In this document: piece by piece, positions 11,225 through 25,449 of the stretch
How positions within the stretch are numbered: the stretch's first letter is position 1
Layout: every line of letters begins with the position of its first letter
NCBI GenBank assembly: GCA_002269645.1
Contig: NIVC01002931.1
Span: 1-53,173, forward strand
DNA: 53,173 bases
DNA from: Macrostomum lignano
Taxonomy: Eukaryota
Reading direction: 5' to 3'
The notes under the pieces: model-generated
What the model was told of the DNA's origin: nothing
The model's database searches: none
Seen by the model: only the letters and a program-made list of their open reading frames with translations
Position numbers and translations under genes: made by a program

Positions 11225-11695
11225 GTCTTCATAGCGCTGCTTATCGCGAACAGCGGCCGCCTCGTATTTTGGACGGTCAGTGCATGCTTCCCACATGCGG
11301 CCGAGCTCCTTGGCAACTTCGCTGACGCGCCAGTCTGGATGCTCGTCCCGGATTTTCTGACGGTGCTCGTCGGAGAACAGAAAGAATGCCGTGAGGGCGC
11401 GCTTCGGCATGTTGGGATCTTTCGGCTTCTTGCGCTTTTTACCCTTGCTGCCATCAGCGGGGACGTAATCGTCCATCTCGCGGTTGTACCGCTCTTTGTC
11501 CCGCGAGGCCATGTCTTCGAATCGCTTCTTCTCCTTAGGATTCATTGTCTTCCACTTCTCGGCGCACTTTTTGGAGAACTCGGCAAACACAACTGACTCC
11601 TCAGGGTGCTTCTTCTTGTGCTCCTCGCGAATCACTTGAACAAAGCACGCGTACGCGCTCATCGGGCCCTTGGGCCTCATCTTGTCCTTCACCAT
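11225..11695 (-). CDS. HMGB: HMGB-type protein, first coding exon (HMG boxes A and B); 195 aa in total
   Basis: [20 protein letters not shown]...[13 protein letters not shown]...[16 protein letters not shown]...VAKELGRMW matches tandem-box HMGB1/DSP1; donor GAC|GTAAGT at 11224. Confidence 0.96.
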
Positions 11696-12041
11696 CTTCT
11701 TGATTGATTAGCACTGAGAAATTAAAAATAGTATAAAAAACCAGCATTAGCAACGGGTAGCTTATATACAGATAAATTGTAATAGGCTTCTCATACACAA
11801 TCCTGATTTGAATAGACCCACCTATAGTCTCGTATATCAGAACTAAATTGAGACTGTAACATAATAAATAAGTATGAGTAATTTCATATCAATTTACATT
11901 CTCAAAAACGCAGGCTTGTTTATGAGCCTTTATCTTAAAACATCTTATACAAATACGTTACGCGATATATGCGACCACGAAGTGTATATCGGCAATACAT
12001 TCAGCAGTGCAAGTTAAATAAATAGACCAGCAAGCGCTTAC

Positions 12042-12170
12042 CAAAGCTTCAGAAGTATAGGTGAAGGCCAGTGCGGGCTAACACAGTAAAGGCTCTGCTT
12101 CTTCCTAGTGCCGATTCAGACAGTGTATAGAGTCGAGCAATGCTAAACATAGGGCGCAATGGAAAAGCTT
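12042..12170 (-). other. HMGB: probable non-coding 5' UTR exon of HMGB (5' end uncertain)
   Basis: Donor TTG|GTAAGC at 12041 pairs with acceptor TTTCTCAG at 11714-11715, 18 nt upstream of the ATG. Confidence 0.5.
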
Positions 12171-12210
12171 TCGGCAGATTTTTAGCACTGAGGGCCTTAG
12201 AGTGAAAAGT

Positions 12211-12251
12211 ATTGGTTAGAAGCCTATCACGTGATGAAACTGAGGGCCAAT
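12211..12251 (-). promoter_or_regulatory. putative HMGB promoter: two CCAAT boxes flanking palindromic TCACGTGA (E-box)
   Basis: ATTGG 12211-12215, TCACGTGA 12227-12234, CCAAT 12247-12251, just upstream of the predicted first exon. Confidence 0.4.
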
Positions 12252-15200
12252 AGAAATTCTGATAACGTGATATAACAAAAAGAAAGTTCATGAAGAGTAT
12301 AGTTCAAAAATTTTTTTCTTACGCTTTTTTCTGCAATATTAAAAACCTTTTACCCATTTTACTAGTAAAACATAAAAACATTGTAATTTCTGAAACAACA
12401 ATTAATTCTTTTTGTTAAAGCGCCAAGAAGTATAACGTTTCAAAAATGATATTTTCATAGAAACGATTTGACTTGGTCGATTCGCTTTGGTCATTTCGGA
12501 TGAAAGACTACAGCGGCACGTATATTTGCTCATGCTTCTATTTTGTCCTTCCTATTTAAGAAATAAATTTAATACTCTCTGGATTTATTATTAGTACGTT
12601 TTAGACAACTTTGAACCTGTGTAAAAATTACATCGTTTTTTAACTTTGACATTTTTGCCATGTGAACAAACAAAAATTAATTAAAGCTATTCAGTGCAAA
12701 CAAAAATAGATGTACATTATCAATTCTTTGTCAGGTGTTGATCCTTTGGCCTCCATATTTTTTGTTGCTGTAATGAAAAAATGTGTTAGTACAAGACAAT
12801 ACTATGACCTTTATTTATTTTATACTCTTTTAATACTTTTGAAATAATTTTAAACATAATAGACAATCTAGCTAGCTTAGCTAGATAAAGTAAGCTAAGT
12901 AAAAGTCAATGCATATCATTCATATTAACATCCAAACATAAATTTGTCAATTGTCTTCTTTAATATTTAATGATGCTTTAGTTTTGTTATTTATATTTTT
13001 TATTATAAAGAATGTCTGCATAAATTTATATACAAGATTAGAAATAAGCATGGAAAATAGTTATGTAATAAATAATTTCAAATGGCATACAATGCCATTC
13101 TCTTAACTACAAGTATATTGAGAATATTTTTTCTTTTAATTAGTATGTGAAAATATTTTAATATATACTCTTTTGGTATAAACTGCATTTTATTGAGTTG
13201 CTAGTCTCTAATAGCTGTTTAATAGCTTTAAGTGCTGCTAAAGATGCATAGATTCAATGTGCCTAAACCAGTGATAAAATGATTTATATATATATATAAA
13301 TTATATTTATATTTATATATATATAGCATATATTCAAAAATGCTATAATAATAATAGCATTAGCTATAAAGCATTTTTAATATGGATTATGCATTTTTAA
13401 AATGTGATATAATTTGATAATATTATTTAATATTTATATATTAAATTATTAAATTAAATTATGCTATTATTATTATCATCATCAATTTTAGTTGTCTGTT
13501 AATGCTTAAAATTAATCCATTAGTGTATGAATAAAACTTTATGAATAAAAGATTTTAAGAATAGAAGACTTTATTTTATGAATAAAAGAAGTATGCATAA
13601 AGAATACCAATTACTTTAATGTTTTAATTTTTGAAAAATTTTGCTTTTGTCGTATTATTTTTTATTGCAATTACTAAAAATTTTTCTTTTAAATCACATT
13701 GTACCACAGCATTATAAGTTTTACCTTTTGACAATTTGCAGAAGTTAGGAATGTGTCTTGAAACTTCAAAGTTTTGTTGATAAAAACTTGCATCGTAATT
13801 ATTGCGACTTGGTTTTAAGAAGGGAAATTGTCTAATTCAACTCCTTCGTGTTTAGTAATTTCATAAGCACACTAACCTACTGTAAGTAGCTGAGCTATCT
13901 GGTTCAGTTATTTTTAAAATACTTAAAAATAAATTTGATAGTTTTTGCATCTCGTGATCAGCTCCAATTGCAGACTTTTCTACCTGTTTTGAAGCCTTCC
14001 AACTTACGAATGGGAAAGTAGTGAAGAATCCACACACTAATCACAAGAATCTTTGAGAAATTTCTGCCTAGTGGCTCCAAAAGCAGCCCCAGGCTTGATA
14101 AATAACAGGCTGTTTTTTGTTTCCCGTTACAGCGGTCCCTTCGATCGCCCCCCGTCGCTTTGCTGCTAATGAGAGGCGAGATTGCGGCGAGAAGAGGAGC
14201 ACCAGCCCGGTTAAGCCTTCGGGAAGCTCCTTTCAGCCTTGTGTTTCCCCTGTTCCCGGCAGCGGTGGGGCGTGTCCCGCGCCTTTTTTGGACGTGCCGC
14301 CGCAACCGATGGCGAGCAGAACAGGGGGGAAAAATGAGTAGCAGCTCCAAGCGCGCCGCTCTCGGGGCAACCCCTGTGGCTCATTAACAGCGCCACTCGC
14401 TCGCGGTGTCTCGTTTTTCTTTCACACCTCCGGCTTCTCTTCTTCCCAAGGCCGGCTCTGGGCTCTGGCTTTAGCCGCATTAGCTTAATTAAACTTCCTT
14501 CTCTGGTCCCGAACCGGATGCGCCTGGCGAGCTTGATTGGGAATGGGAAATATTAAGAGACGCCCCGGTCGGGATGCTCGCCCTGCTCTGCGTTCTCAAT
14601 TTCTTCCAGAAGCAATCTTTCCTCTGTTCCTTTTGGAAGTAAATCAGCCAATGCTGCTTTTACCTTTTGAGAGTAGACCATCTTCTGCGAGGTGTCAGCC
14701 TCAAAGGACCTTTTTAGCAATATTTACGAGTGTATTGGAATGGCACAACACTGTATTAGCTATTTGTATTAGTTTGCACGTACTTCAACGAGTGGCATGA
14801 ATCCTGAAACAATGTCCATTCCATGCACCCCGGTAATGCTCAGTCAACAGGTGACCTCATGTACGAGCTGTATCGAACCAATGTCGTGTACTCGTATATA
14901 TAAATGTACATCGCAGAAAGTAATACGTAAAGTAATATACAATAATTATTGCTGCTGAATTCCTTAATATATTGGTTCAATTGCATGTTACAAAACTCGC
15001 TATATCAGTTGCCCCGTCGGCTGTTGAGAAACGAGCAGCGATATGCTTTGCCTCGGACCCTCCAACTCATGGAGCGGCAATTTCCATCAAACTGCATGGG
15101 GCGGCGGGGGGCGCCCACAAAGAAACGCCTCACCCGTCTAGAGTTTCACAGGCAAATGAGCACAAACGGAGACTGAAAGTAGGGCCATTCGAATCCTTTG

Positions 15201-16124
15201 TTTAACTGACGATCAGCAGGAATAGAAATTGAAGGTTCCCTTCATCTTTTGCTTCCCAGTGCTTCTGTCGCTTTTGCCTGCAGAAGGCTAAACACGCAGA
15301 CAATGGACGGTTTCTGGCCGAGAGGCTGTTGGCTCGTTAGCTCGGCCGCTTTTCCAGGGGCTCCAGAAAAAAAGATCTCCCTGTGTGTTTTTTCGCCGTT
15401 TGCGTCTCTGTCATTTTCGGCCGGCCCCCAATTTGCTGCTTCAGTCCTGAGCTGCTCACTGCATCTTTATCCGGTCGCGAGGGTAATTAAGGGGCATAGC
15501 CGCCCATCTGCTTTCCATTGATACCGCCGCTCTCTACTCTACTCTGCCAGCCAGCAGCGTTGCAAGACTTGACTGCTTGTTTTGTTTATAACTGTGCACG
15601 GGCTGCAGCTTTTGCAGTTTTTGGCGTATCGCAGATTCGTGTCTGTTAAGTTCAGTTTTCATTGAACTCCTCATTTTTTTTTACTAATTATTGCTCCCAT
15701 ATTTTGCTGGATGTCTCCCTGTGCCCGCTAACCGCAAGGAGGTGCTCAGCATCTTTAGGTTTGTTCACAGTTGCCATTAAATGAAATCAATTTTTTCTGC
15801 GATCATATATGGGCCTGCAAATCAGTTTTGTGATTCAATTTGATGACTCTATTGATGATGCTTTTTAACTAGCCTCGAACTCCGTTAGTGGCGAAATAGT
15901 TTTCGTTAATACAAAACATCCTACCGGTAGATCGTTAAATACTAAGCGTTTTATTGGTAGCTTTAACTTTAAAGTCCCTGATAATTTTTTACGCTTTTAT
16001 TAGGACTCAAGACCACTGCTGCGCCCTTGTTGAACCATTTTCATTCTATTTATTAATTTCACCAAAAATATAAGGTCGGCCATGTAGGATTTGCAAAGAC
16101 ATGGCGCCCCCTTCACAGGATCTT

Positions 16125-16648
16125 TGGCGGTGCCCCTGTCTCCAGGTGGCCGTCCCTGTCTCCTAGGTGAGCACCCATATCTCCAAGGTGGGCACCCCTG
16201 TCTCCTAGATGGGCGCACCTGTCTCCTAGATGGGCGCCCCTGTCTCCTAGGTGGGCGCCCCTGTCTCCAGGTGGCCGTCCCTGTCTCCTAGGTGAGCACC
16301 CTGTCTCCTAGGTGAGCACCCATATCTCCTAGGTGGGCGCCCCTGTCTCCTAGGTGGGCGCCCCTGTCTCCTAGGTGGGCGCCCCTGTCTCCTAGGTGGG
16401 CGCCCCTGTCTCCTAGGTGGGCGCCCCTGTCTCCTAGGTGGGCGCCCCTGTCTCCTAGGTGGGCGCCCCTGTCTCCTAGGTGGGCGCCCCTGTCTCCTAG
16501 GTGGGCGCCCCTGTCTCCTAGGTGGGCGCCCCTGTCTCCAGATGGGCGCCCCTGTCTCCTAGGTGGGCGCCCCTGTCTCCTAGGTGGGCGCCCCTGTCTC
16601 CTAGGTGGGCGCCCCTGTCTCCTAGGTGGGCGCCCCTATTTCCTAGGT
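16125..16648. repeat. minisatellite, 21 bp unit
   Basis: (GGGCGCCCCTGTCTCCTAGGT)n. Confidence 0.97.
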
Positions 16649-18234
16649 TTTCTTCTCACTTTCTTAAGCATGCGAGCTGCTCGCAAGTGTTTAACGAATG
16701 AATACTTTTGTTAATCGATAGAAATTTGACCTTAACACCAGAGTTTAATCAGGTCGCCACCGACAACTTAAACATCATGTACTCTTTGACTCGAGATCGA
16801 AAGCTATATGACTTTGTGGAAGATGATCAAGTCACTTCGGTCGAATTAATTTGCTCCTTATGCTTTCAAAGCGCCAATCCTGGCAGAATTCGTGTCTCAA
16901 ATTTTCATTCTTAAGCAGCTGCTCATAGCTACCTGCATTCCCCAATCCTCATTCGGAGCAAAGTGATGTGACAAGCAGGAAGGCGGGGAGGGGGAGCACT
17001 AAGCCCTGCACGCCACTTCGTTTCTCTTGGGCTGGAGCCCCGTCCTCCCGCTTTCTGATCGAATTACTCGCATCTCCGGACTAGCGGCTCCGGCGCGAAT
17101 GGCAGGCAGGTGACTCGAATGCGCACCCCCCCCCCCACCGCTGCCGCTACTCACTAAGCCCCGCTGGCTGCTGGAGAATAAGAAAATATAAGCGAGACAA
17201 ATTTGAAAATGGTCTGTGCGCCGCCCGCCCGGCCTGGACTCGGAGGGGTCTAGTCTCCGCTCCGACAAGAAAATCGGTGTCTCTTTCTTCTTCTCCAGCT
17301 TCTTGTCCTGCTAAGCTCCTTCCGTGTGGACCCGGAGCCCGCCCTGCCCCTCCCCAGGCCTGGAGAAAGGCAATTTTCTCGTCATCTTTGTCTGCTTGGC
17401 TATTTCTGCTCCTCATCCATCCTGGCAGCTCAGCTTCGCCCCTCCCCCCTCCCAGCTACATCTCCTAGGCCCGGAAATTGGTGCGGACTGCTTTGGCTGG
17501 TATCTCTGCCTCCTTGTCCTGCTGCCATCAAGCCGCGAGCGCCTCCTTCCTCTCGACAAGGCGGACACGGCAGGAAGGCGGACAGGTCGAGTCTCGAGTC
17601 GCTCGGATCCTCGCAGGCTACTGGATGCTCATGGAGCATTTGGGGCGGCTGCTGCAGGTGGGCAGCCGGTGGGAGAATGGGATGATAGGATGACAAAAAA
17701 TAGGCCCAGGTCATGCAACGCCGAGCCCTGCTATTAGCCATCCCCCAGCATCGGGGAATCACAGGGGTGAAGGCTGCGTTATTAATGCTCGCCGGCTTTG
17801 CTGGAAAACTTTTCCACCGCTCAATCTTTCTTCTCCCACCCCCCCCCTGTCGCCGCTTTCCCTTTCATTTCTAATAGGCGGGGAGGAGCAGACAGAATAC
17901 AGATGCAAGGCTGGGCCTGCTCCGCCCGCAGTCTCCATTTTGCTTCGCAGCGGGCTGCATGAGCTCCCCGGCGCGGGGCCTTAATTTTTCTCCCGCATGC
18001 TCCCCGCCCCTTCGGCCGGTCCGGGCTGAGTTGCAAACCGCCACCTGCGGCAGCTCGCGGAGGATGGGATGGGTGGCCAGCGCACCTGCAGCCTCGGTGT
18101 AGTGTGGGGGAGGGAGGCCACCCCAGCATGGCCACTGCAAACCGAATACTGACTGACTCCTCATCTGCTGGAGAAATAGAAGTTTTTCTGTCGGTTTGTT
18201 CGCCAAAATATTGGGGCTTCATTCGGTCCCGGAG

Positions 18235-18236
<2 letters not shown>

Positions 18237-18268
<32 letters not shown>
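18237..18268. repeat. (TC)n microsatellite
   Basis: about 16 TC units. Confidence 0.9.
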
Positions 18269-18272
<4 letters not shown>

Positions 18273-19094
18273 CCTCTCTCTCTTTCTCTCGTTTGTGGCC
18301 TCGGACTCCGAGCGAGCGTTTCGGCTTGATTAAAAATCACTTTGAAACCTGCTTTAGGAATAGGCAGCTACTACCTGGGGGGATTGTAGCGGTTTGTCTG
18401 TGTCTGTGTGAGGCCTGATATTGCCTGTCTGACTCTCCGCTGCTGTCTTCAGTCGGTTCGTTCTTATATTTTTTACTATCCCCGTCTTCTGATGCCCTCA
18501 AATCCGAGCCCCAATCTTGCCGAGGCATCACGCCAGCTTCTGCTTGGGGTAGGAGACCCACCTATGCCTACCTGGGTTTCATCCACCTGTTTCCTCTCAT
18601 CTTTTGGTGGAAAAAAAACGATACGGGGAATGATGGAGGGAGGGGAAGGAAAGAGCTCAAGGGGATAAAGACGAGAGTTAGAGGGAAAACGAAACGGAGA
18701 ATCGTTTGTGATATTTTGCCTCCTTGATTTTCGCTTTGTCCCGCTCGAGATTCGAATCGTGGGGTGGGGCGATCGGCCCGGCGGCTGAAACACAGGGCCG
18801 GGCTGAAGACCTGCAACTCAGGGGTGACTCCAGAATAGCGTGCCGGCTACGGCATTTCAGGGGTGAGGCAGGCTCGGATTAAGGAATTCTGAGTTTGAAC
18901 TCGGACAGGTGGAGCTGCTGCTGGTCGGGGGGGGGGGAATAATTGAAGCCAGGAGCGTTGAATCAGAAAATTCCCGCCATGGCTTCTTGAAGCTGGGCCG
19001 AGGCCTTGGGGCAAGGTTTGCAATCTAATTTCTATCACTTACTCTTTCTACCGATATTTCATTCCGAATCTTTCTCTCCTTTGGATCCGCTCTG

Positions 19095-20985
19095 AATCCC
19101 TCTTTCCCCCGCTCTGAATCTCTATTCCCGTTCTGAATCTCTCTATTCCCCACTCTGAATCTCTCTATTCCCCACTCTGAATCTCTCTATTCCCGCTCTG
19201 AATTTCTCTACTCCCGCTCTGAATCCCTCTTTCCGCCGCTTTGAATCTCTCAATTCCCCGCTCTGAATCTCTCTATTCCCCGCTCTGAATCTCTCTATTC
19301 CCGCTCTGAATCTCTCAATTCCCCGCTCTGAATCTCTCTATTCCCGCTCTGAATCTCTCAATTCCCCGCTCTGAATCCCTCTTTCCCCCGCTCTGAATCT
19401 CTCTATTCCCGCTCTGAATCTCTCTATTCCCCGCTCTGAATCTCTCTATTCCCCGCTCTGAATCCCTCTTTCCCCCGCTCTGAATCTCTCTATTCCCCGC
19501 TCTGAATCTCTCTATTCCCGCTCTGAATCTCTCTATTCCCCGCTCTGAATCTCTCAATTGCGGCTCTGAATCTCTCTATTCCCGCTCTGAATCTCTCTAT
19601 TCCTTGCTCTGAATCCCTTTCCCCCGCTCTGAATCTCTCTATTACCGCTCTGAATCTCTCTATTCCCCGCTCTGAATCCCTCTTTCCCCCGCTCTGAATC
19701 TCTCTATTCCCGCTCTGAATCTCTCTATTCCCTGCTCTGAATCTCTCTATTCCCCGCTCTGAATCTCTCTATTCCCGCTCTGAATCTCTCTATTCCCGCT
19801 CTGAATCTCTCTATTCCTTGCTCTGAATCCCTTTCCCCGCTCTGAATCTCTCTATTCCCCGCTCTGAATCTCTCTATTCCCGCTCTGAATCTCTCTATTC
19901 CCCGCTCTGAATCTCTCAATTGCCGCTCTGAATCTCTCTATTCCCGCTCTGAATCTCTCTATTCCCGCCCTGAATCTCTCTATTACCGCTCTGAATCTCT
20001 CTATTCCCCGCTCTGAATCCCTCTTTCCCCCGCTCTGAATCTCTCTATTCCCTGCTCTGAATCTCTCTATCCCCGCTCTGAATCTCTCTATTCCCCGCTC
20101 TGAATCCCTCTTTCCCCCGCTCTGAATCTCTCTATTCCCCGCTCTGAATCTCTCTATTCCCCGCTCTGAATCTCTCTATTCCTTGCTCTGAATCCCTTTC
20201 CCCCGCTCTGAATCTCTCTATTACCGCTCTGAATCTCTCTATTCCCCGCTCTGAATCTCTCTATTCCTTGCTCTGAATCCCTTTCCCCCGCTCTGAATCT
20301 CTCTATTACCGCTATGAATCTCTCTATTCCCCGCTCTGAATCCCTCTTTCCCCCGCTCTGAATCTCTCTATTCCCGCTCTGAATCTCTCTATTCCCCGCT
20401 CTGAATCTCTCTATTCCCGCTCTGAATCTCTCTATTCCCGCTCTGAATCTCTCTATTCCCGCTCTGAATCTCTCTATTCCTTGCTCTGAATCCCTTTCCC
20501 CCGCTCTGAATCTCTCTATTCCCCGCTCTGAATCTCTCTATTCCCGCTCTGAATCTCTCTATTCCCCGCTCTGAATCTCTCAATTGCCGCTCTGAATCTC
20601 TCTATTCCCGCTCTGAATCTCTCTATTCCCGCCCTGAATCTCTCTATTACCGCTCTGAATCTCTCTATTCCCCGCTCTGAATCCCTCTTTCCCCCGCTCT
20701 GAATCTCTCTATTCCCTGCTCTGAATCTCTCTATCCCCGCTCTGAATCTCTCTATTCCCCGCTCTGAATCCCTCTTTCCCCCGCTCTGAATCTCTCTATT
20801 CCCCGCTCTGAATCTCTCTATTCCCCGCTCTGAATCTCTCTATTCCCCGCTCTGAATCTCTCTATTCCCCGCTCTGAATCTCTCTATTCCCCGCTCTGAA
20901 TCTCTCTATTCCCCGCTCTGAATTTCTCTATTCCCCGCTCTGAATCTCTCTATTACCCGCTCTGAATATTTTCATTCCCGCTCTG
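19095..20985. repeat. minisatellite, 21-22 bp unit, with higher-order duplication
   Basis: (CCCCGCTCTGAATCTCTCTATT)n. Confidence 0.97.
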
Positions 20986-23091
20986 AGCTCCTTTTCTTGC
21001 TAAAGCCACCAGTTCACATTTTTAAAGAGCTTCAATGCACACTTTCGAGTTATTTATGCGGATTTTTATCAGGAAGAATATTTATCAGACAAGAAATGTG
21101 CCCGTTAATTTAGCTTTATCGACGCAGGCAAACGTACATAACAACATTAACAGGTATGACGCACTGGAAGGCTTGGTTACGCCAATCCGGAAATAAGCGG
21201 CAGTCTATAACGAGCTAAAAACGTTTTTGAGTTGCAGAGTTTTCGAACAGAAGGCGGGCGCGGGCCCTGTAGGTTCCGCTAATGGTGCCCCCAGCATGCC
21301 TGGGCAGGGTCCGGCGACCCCACCCACCGCGATCGTGCCAGCCCAGGTGCCAGGCGGCAGCAGGAGCTATGCGGGGTGGGGGGATTTCACGGCCGGGCGA
21401 GTTCGCCGGGAGCCTTCTGGCCGGGAGATAATGACCGAGCCCAGGCAGCAGAGGGGCTCTTTAATCAAATGCGAGTTCACTCCCGAGCGGGCCCTGTCCC
21501 TCCCACCCTGCTCCGGGCAGATAAAACCTGCCAACTGTATGGATTAAGCCCGAGGTGAGAAGGTCTTCTTATAACCTCCATCCTTCCTCGTCTACCTTCC
21601 AGCCTCCGTTGCTGCCGCTACCGCTGCTTGCAAGTTTTTTTAATTCCAACTTAATCCCTGGAGTTGAGACAACTGCTTTGCAGATACGCACTGGCCAGCG
21701 GGTGGGGATTTGGTTTTGGGGGATGATTTGCGCGCTAATCTTCTATACCAGGCTGTTCTCAGATTCAACACCAGGATGTTTTCTCTCCCGCAGCTCGGGA
21801 GGAAATAGAATTTTAATTTTTATATTTTTGGATGCTTTCTTAATCTAACGTTGATTCCAGGCCAGATCGTGTCGTGTCGGTTTCTAACATTTTAGGGTGT
21901 CCGAGCACAGATGCGCAACCTCGATTTATTCAACCCAGCCGTCTGTAGATTTATAATTGGCGAATTCCCTTTCAATCGGCGACTTTAGCTTTTGACCATA
22001 GACAGTAAAATTACATAAGCATGGCAGAGGCAGAGCTAGGCTAAGTATAGAAGTCCATGGACTACCTCGCCAAGCATGCACTTTATGAGTTAGCGAGTTT
22101 TGTCTATGGCCTAAAGCCAAACTCCCGACTGTCTACGCTCAATATTCACTAATTAGTAGAGCCTAATTTTCTACAATTTACGTGCTATTTGGTGATTCAG
22201 GTGAACAACTATGGTTACGGTGGTCTGTGAATTCTGTGAATTTGCATAAGTTGAATTTGCAACTTATATAATATGTTTGTTAAAATTTAGTAGTGTAAGC
22301 AAGCCACTAGGTTCTGTTACAACATGAACCCACATCTCTAACCCTTTACATTTCTAGTCTATATAGAAATCAGAGGTGACATTACAGAAAAAAATACAGG
22401 TTAGAGAGTGCGCTTACTGTAGCTTGTTATAACAGCAGCAGCGCATGATAGACAACCTATATTGGCTGCCACCTTTACTTCTTTGCTTCTAATTGGGTCA
22501 AAGGGGGACCCGAGTCGGCTTGAGAACAAAGCTGAGATTTGGCCCAGCAGGTAGGGCAGTCAGGGATTTCACGCTCGACTAGAGGGATAAGTGTCTAGCT
22601 GACCCAGCTGGGTGGACTGTGTCATCTCTGTGCTCAGCTGCCGCCAATGGCGCCGGAGACCGCACTCAACACTCAGCTTATAGGCACCCTTATTGTAGGA
22701 GAAGGTGGCATTAGGCTAATTAGCTGAGCTTCAAGGGTTAGAAGCGGGGGTTAGAGAGAGGGTTAGGAAGCCGAGCCTTTTGACTTCACACTTTTCCATT
22801 TTCTCTTGGCGGGGATTTCTTGCCGAATTCACCCACGGCAACCACCAGCACAGTTCCCTGAGTAGCACAACTCAATAAAGTCACTCAAAATGTGTGTTAT
22901 CATATCCCATTGGTAGTGTCAAAGCTTGATTTATTATTGGCTTGTAGTACCGAATCTGCATCAACATGATTGCTTGTCATGCATACTCATGTATATGCAT
23001 GTGAACCCATTGTTAGCCTGACTGTCTCCGTTTCTTTTCTTTAATAATGTCTAATGTCCGTGTCAACAATAACCTCGCGATGGAATACGCA

Positions 23092-24226
23092 ACATCGCCG
23101 GCTGGAGGTCGATTGTCATCTAGATTTTACCTGCCGGCTTGAGGTCGATTGTCATCTAGATTTTACCTGGTGGCTGGAGGTCGATTGTCATCTAGATTTT
23201 ACCTGCCCGTTTGAGGTCGATTGTCATCTAGATTTTACCTGCCCGTTTGAGGTCGATTGTCATCTAGATTTTACCTGCCCGTTTGAGGTCGATTGTCATC
23301 TAGATTTTACCTGCCGGCTTGAGGTCGATTGTCATCTAGATTTTACCTGCCGGCTTGAGGTCGATTGTCATCTAGATTTTACCTGCCGGCTTGAGGTCGA
23401 TTGTCATCTAGATTTTACCTGCCGGCTTGAGGTCGATTGTCATCTAGATTTTACCTGCCGGCTTGAGGTCGATTGTCATCTAGATTTTACCTGCCCGTTT
23501 GAGGTCGATTGTCATCTAGATTTTACCTGCCGGCTTGAGGTCGATTGTCATCTAGATTTTACCTGCCGCTTGAGGTCGATTGTCATCTAGATTTTACCTG
23601 CCCGTTTGAGGTCGATTGTCATCTAGATTTTACCTGCCCGTTTGAGGTCGATTGTCATCTAGATTTTACCTGCCGGCTTGAGGTCGATTGTCATCTAGAT
23701 TTTACCTGCCCGTTTGAGGTCGATTGTCATCTAGATTTTACCTGCCGGCTTGAGGTCGATTGTCATCTAGATTTTACCTGCCGGCTTGAGGTCGATTGTC
23801 ATCTAGATTTTACCTGCCCGTTTGAGGTCGATTGTCATCTAGATTTTACCTGCCCGTTTGAGGTCGATTGTCATCTAGATTTTACCTGCCGGCTTGAGGT
23901 CGATTGTCATCTAGATTTTACCTGCCCGTTTGAGGTCGATTGTCATCTAGATTTTACCTGCCGGCTTGAGGTCGATTGTCATCTAGATTTTACCTGCCGG
24001 CTGGAGGTCGGTCGATTGTCATCTAGATTTTACCTGCCGGCTTGAGGTCGATTGTCATCTAGATTTTACCTGCCGGCTTGAGGTCGATTGTCATCTAGAT
24101 TTTACCTGCCGGCTGGAGGTCGGTCGATTGTCATCTAGATTTTACCTGCCGGCTGGAGGTCGATTGTCATCTAGATTTTACCTGCCGGCTTGAGGTCGAT
24201 TGTCATCTAGATTTTACCTGGTGGCT
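23092..24226. repeat. minisatellite, 36 bp unit
   Basis: (GAGGTCGATTGTCATCTAGATTTTACCTGCCGGCTT)n. Confidence 0.97.
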
Positions 24227-24851
24227 TCCACTCCAAGCGCTATAACAGTAAGGAGTCCTTGGTCTCAATAAGTCTAGGAGCCCGAGTTTGGAAGGCTTCG
24301 AATGATTGACACAGGCGCAGACTCGGTTTGGAGAGAGGCCGTGTGCGGGGCATTGGTTTCCTGCTACGCCGCTTTGTTGTGCGGCTTCAGTTCTCCTGCA
24401 GTTCGAGCGGGGGAGTTGGGAGCGAGTGGCGGCCAGAGATTCTGAGGGCGAGGGGCTTTTCAGAGCGCAACGGGAACTGGCTGCTCCGGCTCTTTAGATG
24501 GAGATTTTTTGGTTGAAAGCGAATTTTGCGACCAGCAGATCTTTTTGGTCCGCTTATCCATAGCGCTAAACAAACTCGCTCACAGACTGCACCAACAGGC
24601 TGGCTTCCGCCAGGGAGAGCTGCTTGAAAGGTGGAGAAAGTGAAGTGGTGGAGAATCCATGACGGACGGGGAATAGAGATGAAGTTTGGTTTGGGAGGCT
24701 GGATTTTAACATGTGCCCATCAAAATTAGCCATTTAGAAACCTTAGCAAAATTAATTGTTACTGTATACTACCTAAGGTACATACATGAAGAGTTCTGGC
24801 TTTGGCTGTGTTTTGGCGATTATAATCAACTGTGCTCATTTCACTTGGCTC

Positions 24852-25449
24852 CATGACCATCGCTACCTATGACCATCGGCAGCCATGACCATCGCTACCT
24901 ATGACCATCGCTACCTACCAGTATGACCATCGGCAGCCATGACCATCGCTACCTATGACCATCGGCAACCATGACCATCGCTACCTATGACCATCGGCAG
25001 CGATGAACATCGCTACCTAGGACCATCGGCAACCATGAACATCGCTACCTATGACCATCGGCCCCCATGACCATCGCTACCTATGACCATCGGCAGCCAT
25101 GACCATCGCTACCTATGACCATCGGCAACCATGACCATCGCTACCTATGACCATCGGCAACCATGACCATCGCTACCTATGACCATCGCTACCTATGACC
25201 ATCGGCAGCCATGACCATCGCTACCTATGACCATCGGCAACCATGACCATCGCTACCTATGACCATCGGCAGCGATGAACATCGCTACCTAGGACCATCG
25301 GCAACCATGAACATCGCTACCTATGACCATCGGCAACCATGACCATCGCTACCTATGACCATCGGCAGCCATGACCATCGCTACCTATGACCATCGGCAA
25401 CCATGACCATCGCTACCTATGACCATCGGCAGCCATGACCATCGGCAAC
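24852..25449. repeat. minisatellite of alternating 16-bp units (32-bp dimer)
   Basis: ATGACCATCGCTACCT / ATGACCATCGGCAGCC. Confidence 0.97.

Noticed and set aside
12231-12262. GTGATGA...CTGA box C/D-like motifs
   Set aside because: Antisense to HMGB, too short, no terminal stem, and overlapping a more plausible promoter.
13950-19060. Numerous 60-140 aa overlapping ORFs in GC-rich islands
   Set aside because: Present on both strands and in all frames, no recognisable domains, and expected from low stop-codon frequency.
21906-22230. CACAGATGCGCAACC resembling the CATACATG MITE terminus
   Set aside because: No convincing partner TIR or 8-bp TSD.
23054-24045. Cys/His-rich ORFs (LEVDCHLDFTC repeats) resembling a metal-binding repeat protein
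   Set aside because: 36-bp minisatellite; the frame breaks at 1-nt and 4-nt indels within units.
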